Source: a virus
Lineage: Duplodnaviria > Caudoviricetes
Reading direction: 5' to 3' (one strand)
IMG/VR virus record: IMGVR_UViG_2030936005_000025
Location: 32,001-96,000 of that record
Length of the DNA: 64,000 nucleotides
In this document: positions 45,605 to 54,913 of the stretch, one piece after another
How the letters are laid out: each line of letters begins with the position of its first letter
Position numbering within the stretch: the stretch's first letter is position 1
Notes under the pieces: model-generated
What the model was told of the DNA's origin: nothing
Databases searched by the model: none
Seen by the model: the letters and a program-made list of their open reading frames with translations, nothing else
Made by a program: the position numbers and the translations under genes

Positions 45605-46216
45605 TTATGCTACGATTTCACGGCGATAGGTCTGTACCACTTCCTGTGGTTTATTTTTGAACAGGGACACAGTAGAACGAGAGTCTTTGTGTTTCATGTC
45701 CAGTGTGATGCCCAGAATCTGCGGTTTATCATTGTCGTAATTCCCCACGGTGGAGAATTCTAAACAACGTGTACCGCGAGCATAATTCAACTTCAATTCA
45801 ATCTCTAAGAGATCAGGGTAGTTAGGACCGAGACCCTTGGTACCCGTTTGAGTATGGATGATGGAACGAGAAGGAATGCTTAATGTCCCGTTGAAGCCCC
45901 AGTTCGCTGCATCCAGTTTCTCAAGCTTGATACGATGATAAACACGGAACTGATCCCAATACCCTTCATAGTGCATGTGGAACAGGATGTCGTCCAGGTA
46001 GAAGTGATCCAGATCGATCTCTTCCGTTACCGACATATAACGTTCTTTAGGGCGGCACAACTCAACCAGGTTAGGAACCTTTCCTGGTTTGATGTATCCA
46101 GAAGAATAACCGCCAGCGGTGTAGTCAGGATCGATGATGTGCCAGGTATCAAAGATGGCCGGATCTACAAACAGGTGACGTGATTCTGCTGACGCGATTG
46201 GATAAAGTGCTTCCAT
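45605..46216 (-). CDS. Hypothetical 203-aa protein
   Basis: ORF track; SD aaggt. Confidence 0.7.
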   Translation of the reverse strand: MEALYPIASAESRHLFVDPAIFDTWHIIDPDYTAGGYSSGYIKPGKVPNLVELCRPKERYMSVTEEIDLDHFYLDDILFHMHYEGYWDQFRVYHRIKLEKLDAANWGFNGTLSIPSRSIIHTQTGTKGLGPNYPDLLEIELKLNYARGTRCLEFSTVGNYDNDKPQILGITLDMKHKDSRSTVSLFKNKPQEVVQTYRREIVA

Positions 46217-46241
46217 TGTAATACCTTTGAGTAAAGTAAAG

Positions 46242-46259
46242 AGGGGAGAACTCTCCCCT
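46242..46259 (-). terminator. Hairpin after sbcC
   Basis: aggggaga-ac-tctcccct. Confidence 0.6.
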
Positions 46260-46262
46260 AAA

Positions 46263-48752
46263 TTAACGAATTACGCTGTTCTCGTTGACAGCAAATCCAA
46301 CACGAATACCTTCGATGTTCAACGCGATGATGTTGGCAGCAAAGTTACCCGCATACTCTTTGTAGTTATGGGAGATCATAAAGGTCTGCGGTAATTTATC
46401 CAGTCGAGTCTGTTCTGCGATATACGCAAAGAACCGACCACGGTGAAGTTCATCAAACGCAACCCCTACCTCGTCCATCATCAATGGCAATGGACAACGT
46501 TCACCCAAATAACGACGTAAGACCAAACGGAAAGCAAAGTTAATAATCTCACGTTCACCACCAGAGCCATCGCCAATATCTTTACTGGCTTTGTTTTCAG
46601 ACCCGGAGATAAGTGGGAAGTTATAACTTAATTCAACATCTTCCTCAGACTTACTGGTTGAGCAGTTCAATACTGACAAACGGTTAGTCCAGATAGGTTG
46701 AATAATCGCATTCACGTTTGCGACCACTGATTTCAAGAAGTCATTCATTAGATAACCAATCAACCCTTTTACCGGTGACAGACCGTCTAATAAAAGCTGT
46801 GTGTGTTTCTCACGTTTCTCTAAATCAGCGATGTTGTCTTTGATAGATTGAATAACTGAATGCAAAGACTCAGCACGGATTAAGTTCGAGATAAGTTGTT
46901 CTTTACGTGGCGTCAGATCGTTAATGATATCTTCCACGCGAAGCTTAATCTTGAATTGCCCGTTACGATGCAAACGGTCAGATAATTCTTCCATCAGAAT
47001 AGCGAGACGATCACGTCGTTGTTCATCTTCCACAATGGCTTCCATTTGAACACGGATACCACTGAGTTTATCAAGAACACGGCGAACAGATCGTTGTGTA
47101 GCTGCTAACTCACGTTCAACGTACTCCGCACGTTTAAACAGTGTTTCGACGTCAGAGCTTTCCAAGAAAGTGATTTGCTTTTCAACAGATTCTTTTTCTT
47201 CATCCAGAACAGCTAATGTCTCTTTTACATTGCTGTATTCCATGGTGTCCTGCACCAGACTGATCAACACGTTAATATCACGTTTACCAATTCCATAGTT
47301 ACGAATCAACGTGTTATAGATCTGTGGAATATCTGACGCTTGTGAGAAACGCAACATATCCATCATCGAATCATACCAACCCTGGTTGTCCTCGATGTAA
47401 CTGGTGTACTCGGCAATCTTACTCTTCAGGTCTTGGCGTCTTACTGTGAAGTCCTGAGCCTGTTGGGTAAGTTGGTTAACATTGATTTCAGTGAAACCCG
47501 GTTTAAATCGAGTTTGGCATTTAGGACAGTCCACGGCATCGGCACGATTATAGTGTTCTAGCGTGTGATCGATCTCAGTGATCTTTCTTTTGAGGTTATC
47601 CGACTCATGAGTGACGGATACTAACTTCTGCTGAACTTCTTTAAACTTAGCCGACGTAATCTCTGGATCCACTGCACGGTTCACAGAACGAATCTGATAG
47701 ATGAAGTTACTGGCACGGTTAACGAAGTAAGCAAAGTCTCTGACGTCACTTGGTTGTGGGACAAAGTCAGGATGATCAGCGAAACGTTTGGTGAGATAAT
47801 CAAAACGGGTTTGGTTATCTTCGCGTTGAGTTAACAAGTTAGTTAAACGTAACTTGTAACTATCCAAGTTAGACCCTGTTTCACCTAAGCCTGCTAGTTG
47901 ACCTGCGAACTCTGTTAACATCGTGGAGAAACGAATCTCACGCGCTTTGTGATAATCCAATGTTCCTGTCAGGTTCTCTTTCTGTTGAAGCAGAACAGAC
48001 ATCGGTTGTTTCACCACACTCGAGCTACCGATCAAGAATGAGGTAATGTTGCCAATCTCATCTTTGAGTGGAGCAATACTTTCGTGGTTGATGTGTTGCA
48101 GTTCACCGTGAATGATTAACGCGTTCTTAATCTGTCCATCCAGCGTTCTGATTTCATCTTGCAGTTTAGCAGCATCCAAAGCAGCTAATTGTGCTAAACG
48201 ACCTTCCTCAACCACCAAACGTTGACGCTGTGTCTTCAACCCACCTTTAATCGCGTTGTGGTTCGATTTAAGCTTATCAAACATCTTCAAGGCGTAACTG
48301 GTGTCATTTGGGTTGATTGCCATCAGAAGCTCTTTACGGCGTGCTGATGAGAGAGTGGTAAATAAATCCCTGACATCCAAACCGGTCACAAAGTTTTTGA
48401 TGTTTTGTGTAATGCCGAAATGCAGCTTCACTAACTCACGTTGAGATAAGAGTGTATTTCCTTCATTCAGGTTTTTACCGTTGTGAATGAAATGATGCTC
48501 TGATGATTTCCCCGTGGATGATTTGAGGATATAAGTATCTTTGCCCGTGACAATATGGACTTCCTTATATCCGCCCGGTTCATAATCCGCGTTGTCTGGC
48601 GGAAATGGTGTAAGCTCACGCATTAGTGAGGTCTTACCAAATCCATTACGCCCCAGAATAATGTTGAACATATCTTTAGTCGTTAATTCGACATAAGTAA
48701 CATTCTTCTTAAACAGCGGGGTATAATTCTTTAGAATCAATTTGGTTATCAT
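46263..48752 (-). CDS. sbcC: SbcC/Rad50-like SMC-family ATPase
   Basis: Walker A GRNGFGKTS, coiled coils around a CPKC zinc hook, signature GSGGE, Walker B MMDE, ISH. Confidence 0.9.
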   Translation of the reverse strand: MITKLILKNYTPLFKKNVTYVELTTKDMFNIILGRNGFGKTSLMRELTPFPPDNADYEPGGYKEVHIVTGKDTYILKSSTGKSSEHHFIHNGKNLNEGNTLLSQRELVKLHFGITQNIKNFVTGLDVRDLFTTLSSARRKELLMAINPNDTSYALKMFDKLKSNHNAIKGGLKTQRQRLVVEEGRLAQLAALDAAKLQDEIRTLDGQIKNALIIHGELQHINHESIAPLKDEIGNITSFLIGSSSVVKQPMSVLLQQKENLTGTLDYHKAREIRFSTMLTEFAGQLAGLGETGSNLDSYKLRLTNLLTQREDNQTRFDYLTKRFADHPDFVPQPSDVRDFAYFVNRASNFIYQIRSVNRAVDPEITSAKFKEVQQKLVSVTHESDNLKRKITEIDHTLEHYNRADAVDCPKCQTRFKPGFTEINVNQLTQQAQDFTVRRQDLKSKIAEYTSYIEDNQGWYDSMMDMLRFSQASDIPQIYNTLIRNYGIGKRDINVLISLVQDTMEYSNVKETLAVLDEEKESVEKQITFLESSDVETLFKRAEYVERELAATQRSVRRVLDKLSGIRVQMEAIVEDEQRRDRLAILMEELSDRLHRNGQFKIKLRVEDIINDLTPRKEQLISNLIRAESLHSVIQSIKDNIADLEKREKHTQLLLDGLSPVKGLIGYLMNDFLKSVVANVNAIIQPIWTNRLSVLNCSTSKSEEDVELSYNFPLISGSENKASKDIGDGSGGEREIINFAFRLVLRRYLGERCPLPLMMDEVGVAFDELHRGRFFAYIAEQTRLDKLPQTFMISHNYKEYAGNFAANIIALNIEGIRVGFAVNENSVIR

Positions 48753-48772
48753 AATACCCTCAAAGGTCTAAT

Positions 48773-49753
48773 ATGAATATTCTTGAGTGCTTCGGGGTTG
48801 GTACTGTCGCTATGGACAAAGAGACCAACTCCGATGAAATACAGGTACACGTTAAGTCACTGTTTCCTGAAACGGATGGTGAAGTTCAAACCACAGCAGA
48901 AACTAAAACTGTAACTACACAAACACCCACAGGTGATACTAACTCCAGTACTACTTTACAAACTAACACCATCTCAGCGAAATGGATGGGGGTTAACACC
49001 AATCGTATCACGCCACCTGATGTGCGCGTCGGTAGTAAAGTAGTAATCTATAAATTCCAGGGTCAGAATACTTATCGTTGGACATACTTCGGGATGGACG
49101 GAACTTTACGTCTGGAAACGATAATCTGGGCGTTCTCTGCTTCTCCTAATGTCAATGAAAACTCTCCGGTTAACAAAGACAACTATTACATGTTCTTCCT
49201 CAGCACCCATCAGAAAAAGATTCAGCTGATTACAGGACAAGGTAATGGTGAACCAACCAGTTATGTCCTGGAGTTGAATACAGGCACTGGGCAGTTCAGT
49301 ATTGTGGATGGTGAGGAGAATGTGATTTCATTGAACTCGATGGAGCATGCTTTCTCTTACTTGAATGCCGAGAAGACATACTTTAACTTCATGAAGAAGA
49401 ACATCACGCTGTCTTGTGAAGATACCTTGATCTTGAAAGCTGCTGAGAAGATTCTGATGCAGTGTAAAGAACTGGTGTTGAAAGCCACTACGTCGATCAA
49501 CGTGGAAACACAAACCACAACGTGGAAGTCACCGAAGTTTAATCTTGAGGGTGATGTTACCCACAAAGGTAACTATACTCAGACGGGCAACTATACCCAA
49601 ACGGGTAACACTGAAATTACCGGCGCATTCAGTCAGTCTGGCGGTGCAGGTAATGTATCTGGTGGTTGGAAAATTGACAACGTCACTTACATTGGACACT
49701 TCCATAAAGGTGTTCAGAGTGGTGGTGCTCAAACAGACGGTCTTGCTGGATAA
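48773..49753 (+). CDS. Baseplate central spike / membrane-puncturing protein (phiKZ gp164-like)
   Basis: N-terminal OB-like region (PDVRVGSKVVI), beta-helix repeats (GNYTQTGNYTQTGN), C-terminal HxH iron site (GHFHKGVQSG). Confidence 0.85.
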   Translation: MNILECFGVGTVAMDKETNSDEIQVHVKSLFPETDGEVQTTAETKTVTTQTPTGDTNSSTTLQTNTISAKWMGVNTNRITPPDVRVGSKVVIYKFQGQNTYRWTYFGMDGTLRLETIIWAFSASPNVNENSPVNKDNYYMFFLSTHQKKIQLITGQGNGEPTSYVLELNTGTGQFSIVDGEENVISLNSMEHAFSYLNAEKTYFNFMKKNITLSCEDTLILKAAEKILMQCKELVLKATTSINVETQTTTWKSPKFNLEGDVTHKGNYTQTGNYTQTGNTEITGAFSQSGGAGNVSGGWKIDNVTYIGHFHKGVQSGGAQTDGLAG

Positions 49754-49762
49754 CAAATATAA

Positions 49763-49792
49763 CTCCTACTTCCCCAATTGGGGAAGTAGGAG
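49763..49792. terminator. Perfect 30-bp palindrome between convergent genes
   Basis: ctcctacttccccaa|ttggggaagtaggag. Confidence 0.85.
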
Positions 49793-49800
49793 AGTATGAC

Positions 49801-51480
49801 TTAGTTAACGAAATTCGGTTTCGCTGCAGTCCATTGAGGAGTATCGTCACTGAAATAGAGGTGAGCGGTTACTTTGTTCACATTCCATTTCGACAAGTCC
49901 TGGTTGAACCCACGACAACTGGTAAACATGCTTGTCATGTTAGTGACCGAGGTCGTGTCCCAGTTTCCAATATTACTATTGAATGCAGGAGTCAGACCAA
50001 ACATCGCTGCCATGCTGGTTACGCTACTTGTCACCCAGGTAGTGATATCCTGGTTAAACAGCTGGGCACTATAGAACATACCGTTCATCAGTTTAGCAGA
50101 ACGTGTATTCCACTTGTTGATCAAGCCGTTAAATACTTTCGCATTGTTAAACATGTCAGAGAAGTCAGTAACGCTTGATACATCCCACAGATTAAGCGTG
50201 CGATCAAACTTACCGGTGTTACGGAACATCTGACGCATCGTTGTCGCGAAGGAAGTATCCCAACCACCGATATTGGCATTGAAGTTAGTTGCACCGAAGA
50301 ACATGTCACTGAACTTGCTGACGTTCCCGGTATCCCAAGTATCAATCCCTTTACCAGTGAAGAAGGTTGCGTTCTCGAACATTGAGTCGAACGAGATCCC
50401 AACAACATCACTGAACTTCCACCCAGAGACAGAACCGTTGAACGTAGAGTTCAAGAACATCTCAGAGAAGTCGGTACAGTTATTGAAGGTTACATTCGGA
50501 ATGTCGATCTGGAACTTGGTCGTATTAGCGAACATACGGTTCACCTGCAACACGTTGCTACCATCCCAGCTCTCGAGGCTCTGATTAAAGTTCAGGGTTG
50601 ATTCAAACATACTGGTCTGAATCGCCTGTGGACCAAAGCTCCAACCTTCTACTGGACAGTTAAAACCAGACAACATGAACATACGTGTCATGTCGGTGAC
50701 TTTAGCAGGCTTCCAGTTGTTCAAGTTGAATGAACCATCTGCACCAAACAAGGTAGTGTTGTAGAACATCTCGAACATGGTGGTTGCATTGCTAACAACC
50801 CAAGCACCCAGATTACGCGCAAACTTCACAGCGTTATAGAACATACCAGAGAAGTCTGTAACACCAGACACATCCCATGATGCCAAGTTGGCGTTGAACG
50901 ACGTTGCGTTAGCAAACATACGTTTCATGAACTGCGCTGCGGTGGTGACCCAGCTACTGATGTCAATGTTGAATGCAGTTGCATTCTCAAACATCGAGGT
51001 GTAATCATTACCTGAGGTGACTTTCCACTTACTGATGTTGCCGTTAAACGCTGTAGCATTCATGAACATCTGTGCGAAGTTACTCACACGGATAACATCC
51101 CAGGTGCTCAAGTCTTGACTAAAGATCGAACAACCATAGAACATGTTCTTCATGTTGCGACAGTTACTGAGTTTCCATGTTCCCATCGGTTGGTTGTACT
51201 TAACACAGCCACTGAATGCACCTTCAAGTGTTTCCACTGAAGTGGTGTTCCATGCAGTCAGGTTCTGGTTAAAGTTAACCGCACCTTTAAAGATGTTGGA
51301 CATGTCAGTTACACCGCTCACATTCCAGGTGTCTAACCCGGTATAGGAAGCAGCCGTACTATTAGCAAACATTCCCGCCAATGAAGTAAAGCGAGTAGGC
51401 AGTGGAGCCGAGATAGCAAACGCAGAAGACCCAGCAAAGTTCATGGCAGTGATACTGTTACCAATTTGTTTCAGCTCACT
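49801..51480 (-). repeat. About 20 DUF285-like ~25-aa repeats
   Basis: e.g. WNVSGVTDMSNIF, WDVSGVTDFSGMF, WDVSSVTDFSDMF, WDTTSVTNMTSMF. Confidence 0.85.
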
Positions 51481-54400
51481 TAAACCATTCGCCCATACCA
51501 GAGACTTCATCCCTGTGATGGCAACCGTTACTACACCGGTATAAGAACTCGGGATAGTAAAGGTACCACCACCGGTATAAGTCTGTGCAACGTTGTTTAC
51601 TGTGATCTTGATGTTGGTGCCATCACTCACAGGAACTGCACGACTCTTCGCTGTATCCCACGTCATGATCGTTGGTTTAGCGGTTAAGAAGAATCGGTTA
51701 ATCGGCACACCTGAACCGTACACACCCATGAACGCTGGGAAAGATGAACCGTACCCATAGAAGTTCATGCGCTTGCCATCAACGACAGGCAACAGGTCAT
51801 TACGCCAACCATCTGGGTCATAGTGGTAGAAGATTTGATCCTTCAAGAAACCACATGGAACAATACCGGAGTTCGGTTCTGTTTCATAACCTTGCGGATT
51901 GTATTTGTGACCGTAAAGCACAGCACCGTCCGACATCGTACTGGTACCGCTTGACGTTGACTCGTAGAGCTTGATGAAGAGTTCATCACTACCCTGGAAG
52001 TTCTTCGCCGGTGCACTGATTGGTCCTTTAACGTAAACGCTGGAACCACCTGCGGTGATCACCGACCCAACAGGATAGATAGGTGTGCCCTCTATACTGT
52101 TCATCAACCCACCGTGAACAATCACCGTACCGATAGACTGGGAATAAAGCGCATACTCACCGGGTGTCTTACGGAAACTCCACATTGACTTCTTCAGCAT
52201 CACTGGCGTCTGATAGTTGATATGGAATTGTTGCGGTGTCTTAGTTCCGTACATGGTCAGTGCGTCATAATCGATCGCATAACCGTTGTTAGCGGAATAA
52301 GGGAACACAGGGTTGACTGCGTTTGTCTTCGGTCCAAAGGTTACTGTTCCTGTTGAACTGTCGATACTCAGATCAAATTCGAAATAGAAGTTATTGAACG
52401 GAGCCAAGTTTAACATCGCTTGATACGTGTTCTTGGTGCCGGTCTTATCCATCAACATCAGGTAAACGTCGGTAGCTTTGAATTCATCCCATCCAACGAT
52501 GTTGAGGTTACTCACATTCAAACTTGCTGCTTTGTTCACTTTAAGTGGGAACGCCGCACCACTGTCAGCCACATTACCTGTGATCTTAACTGTGCGAGTA
52601 TCGCCTTGAACGTCGATGTACGCATTCTTGATATAACCGTAATACGCATCGGTACCATCAGCTTTAATCTCTTTCGCTGAGATGGTCTGAGAAACCCAGA
52701 AAATCACCCCTTTAAAATAGAAGAACTGACGATGGTTCTGCACCCAACCACCACCGTTCTGCGCAACGTACGCAGTGATGGACTGATCCAGGGTAGTGGG
52801 ATCCAAGAACTGCAAAGGCGTTTGGATGTTACTGGTGTCGTAGGCATAACGACCGTACCCTTTGAAACTGTTTTGGTTGTTAAACACCAAACAGGAGTTT
52901 TCAAAGTTAGTGGCATCTGCATCATTACTGATAACAAATGACGGTACATTAACTGTGGTATCTTCGATCCAGGTTGTGCCTTGACGCCATGGTCCATGAT
53001 GATGACCAGTCGGTGTTAACAGTTCTGGCGCGTCATCCAACTCACAGCGGGCCACCGCCCAACGATAAGCATGCGTCCAGTCACGAGACAGTGTCAGGTA
53101 ATCAATCTGATTTCCGATTACGTTCAGTGGGATATGACGAAGGTGATCCCCATACAGTCCATCTTGGTTCAAGTTAGACATTTGGGTGTACTGGTATTTC
53201 ACCAACACAGGTTTGATCGTATCACCATCGGCTAACCAATCATCCACACCAGTAACGTTGTGCTGATAGTAACCCACATACTGACGGTTATAGAAGGTGT
53301 ACGTTTTAATGTGACCACCTTGTGCATCAAAGATCCCATCAAACACCATTGGGTGGAAGATATCGTCTTTAACGTTTCCGCCATACTGAACGAAGCGCCC
53401 TGCTTTATCCAAATCCAGATTGTCATTTAACGTCTGGATGTTACTGGTGATGTCACGCAGAGAGCTCACAGTGATGTTCACAGACTTCGCTGTATCATTT
53501 TCAGCTACCAGGAACGACAAGTCCATGTAGTAGTTGTTGTAATGTGCGTTGTCTTTGGTCCAGAATCCTAACCCTACACGCAGTGCGAAATCACCCTTCA
53601 GACGGTTACGCCAAGTAAAGGCAACTTTACTAACACGATCAGCATTGAACGCAGTACGAAGCGATGCAAGCTGAGCATCCGTGTAGTTGAGGATATCGCG
53701 CAGACGAATCATGATAGCGTTAGGTTTACCATCACGTTTCAACGCTTTAACTTTCGCTGACCCACTTACGGTGAAGTTTAAGGTCGGATAGTTATCCTCA
53801 ATGTAGGCTGTAGTTTCTGCACGGTTACCTGGACCTTTCTTAGCGTCAATTCCCGCCTCACTGAAGCTGTAAACGTTTAACTCGATCACCAGGTATAAGT
53901 CAGCGCCTTTACCTTCCAGGTCCGCATACACGCCTGTGGTGATGATATTGTAAACGTACTTCTCGCGTACCTCGACAATACCCTTCCAGTTGTTCGTCCA
54001 CTTCCCACTGTTTGACAAGACATCAAACGGTAAACGATAGCGGTTGTATCCACGCACCCCGACCATGTTACTTTCAACATAACCTACGGAGTGTTTATCG
54101 AACATGTGAGAAGAACCTTTTACCAGAATGTTCTCTGGTTCAAAGTTACTTTCCCCACGCAGATGTGAAGGTCGAGAACGACGCACATCAATGTTCTTGT
54201 TATAGATACGCACGTTGGTACCACCGAACTGGGTACTCGCGCGTTTAGCACGACCCGCATCCGCAGTAACCTGAGTTAACACGTCGCTGCCGTTCATAGA
54301 GGGCAGGATAAATGTCCCGCTGTCTGAACGGAACTGCCACGGTGTTTCGCTAAGGTAATAAAGAGGATCTTTGAACGACTGAATGACTTCGCCTTCACGC

Positions 54401-54870
54401 CAGTCAAATGGCCATTGTGGAATACTCCCCAACGTACCGCCTGATGCGATAGGAATTAAACGACCTTTGATGTACTTACTCGGGTCGATAGTCAGTCGTG
54501 CTTCGATCATGGCTTTCAAGCCAGCGGGATTCGCATAAACATCTTGCAGAACGCCTGCGACATGTTCATCTAGCGTACCCATGCGCCAGTTGTTTACCAA
54601 ATCCAATCCAACGGTCTTTTTAGTCTCGCCGTGGATAGCGCCTTTCTTACTGGTGTGAGCCAGTAAGGCAGCATCCATATCCATGACGTACTGATCCAAC
54701 ATTTGGTTAATGTTGTCCGTTGCCGTATCAACCTTTTCCTGTATGTCCGAAATCTCACCGCGATTTTCAATACGAGCATTATGAATGCCGATCATCGCGT
54801 TCAATACGGATCCCAGGTAATCCTCACGTTCATCCGGATTCGGTAATGCTTTACTCGGATCTACGTACAT
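49801..54870 (-). CDS. 1689-aa tail-fibre-like protein with C-terminal DUF285/BspA-type repeats
   Basis: N-terminal H..TKKTVGLDLVNN fibre motif; about 20 ~25-aa W(D/N)xSxVTxxxxMFxxxxxFNxxI repeats. Confidence 0.8.
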   Translation of the reverse strand: MYVDPSKALPNPDEREDYLGSVLNAMIGIHNARIENRGEISDIQEKVDTATDNINQMLDQYVMDMDAALLAHTSKKGAIHGETKKTVGLDLVNNWRMGTLDEHVAGVLQDVYANPAGLKAMIEARLTIDPSKYIKGRLIPIASGGTLGSIPQWPFDWREGEVIQSFKDPLYYLSETPWQFRSDSGTFILPSMNGSDVLTQVTADAGRAKRASTQFGGTNVRIYNKNIDVRRSRPSHLRGESNFEPENILVKGSSHMFDKHSVGYVESNMVGVRGYNRYRLPFDVLSNSGKWTNNWKGIVEVREKYVYNIITTGVYADLEGKGADLYLVIELNVYSFSEAGIDAKKGPGNRAETTAYIEDNYPTLNFTVSGSAKVKALKRDGKPNAIMIRLRDILNYTDAQLASLRTAFNADRVSKVAFTWRNRLKGDFALRVGLGFWTKDNAHYNNYYMDLSFLVAENDTAKSVNITVSSLRDITSNIQTLNDNLDLDKAGRFVQYGGNVKDDIFHPMVFDGIFDAQGGHIKTYTFYNRQYVGYYQHNVTGVDDWLADGDTIKPVLVKYQYTQMSNLNQDGLYGDHLRHIPLNVIGNQIDYLTLSRDWTHAYRWAVARCELDDAPELLTPTGHHHGPWRQGTTWIEDTTVNVPSFVISNDADATNFENSCLVFNNQNSFKGYGRYAYDTSNIQTPLQFLDPTTLDQSITAYVAQNGGGWVQNHRQFFYFKGVIFWVSQTISAKEIKADGTDAYYGYIKNAYIDVQGDTRTVKITGNVADSGAAFPLKVNKAASLNVSNLNIVGWDEFKATDVYLMLMDKTGTKNTYQAMLNLAPFNNFYFEFDLSIDSSTGTVTFGPKTNAVNPVFPYSANNGYAIDYDALTMYGTKTPQQFHINYQTPVMLKKSMWSFRKTPGEYALYSQSIGTVIVHGGLMNSIEGTPIYPVGSVITAGGSSVYVKGPISAPAKNFQGSDELFIKLYESTSSGTSTMSDGAVLYGHKYNPQGYETEPNSGIVPCGFLKDQIFYHYDPDGWRNDLLPVVDGKRMNFYGYGSSFPAFMGVYGSGVPINRFFLTAKPTIMTWDTAKSRAVPVSDGTNIKITVNNVAQTYTGGGTFTIPSSYTGVVTVAITGMKSLVWANGLSELKQIGNSITAMNFAGSSAFAISAPLPTRFTSLAGMFANSTAASYTGLDTWNVSGVTDMSNIFKGAVNFNQNLTAWNTTSVETLEGAFSGCVKYNQPMGTWKLSNCRNMKNMFYGCSIFSQDLSTWDVIRVSNFAQMFMNATAFNGNISKWKVTSGNDYTSMFENATAFNIDISSWVTTAAQFMKRMFANATSFNANLASWDVSGVTDFSGMFYNAVKFARNLGAWVVSNATTMFEMFYNTTLFGADGSFNLNNWKPAKVTDMTRMFMLSGFNCPVEGWSFGPQAIQTSMFESTLNFNQSLESWDGSNVLQVNRMFANTTKFQIDIPNVTFNNCTDFSEMFLNSTFNGSVSGWKFSDVVGISFDSMFENATFFTGKGIDTWDTGNVSKFSDMFFGATNFNANIGGWDTSFATTMRQMFRNTGKFDRTLNLWDVSSVTDFSDMFNNAKVFNGLINKWNTRSAKLMNGMFYSAQLFNQDITTWVTSSVTSMAAMFGLTPAFNSNIGNWDTTSVTNMTSMFTSCRGFNQDLSKWNVNKVTAHLYFSDDTPQWTAAKPNFVN

Positions 54871-54888
54871 GAACTACTCCTGAAAATA

Positions 54889-54909
54889 AAGGGGAGAAGT
54901 TCTCCCCTT
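54889..54909. terminator. Intergenic hairpin
   Basis: aaggggagaa-g-ttctcccctt; stem nearly identical to 46242-46259. Confidence 0.6.
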
Positions 54910-54913
54910 CTTA

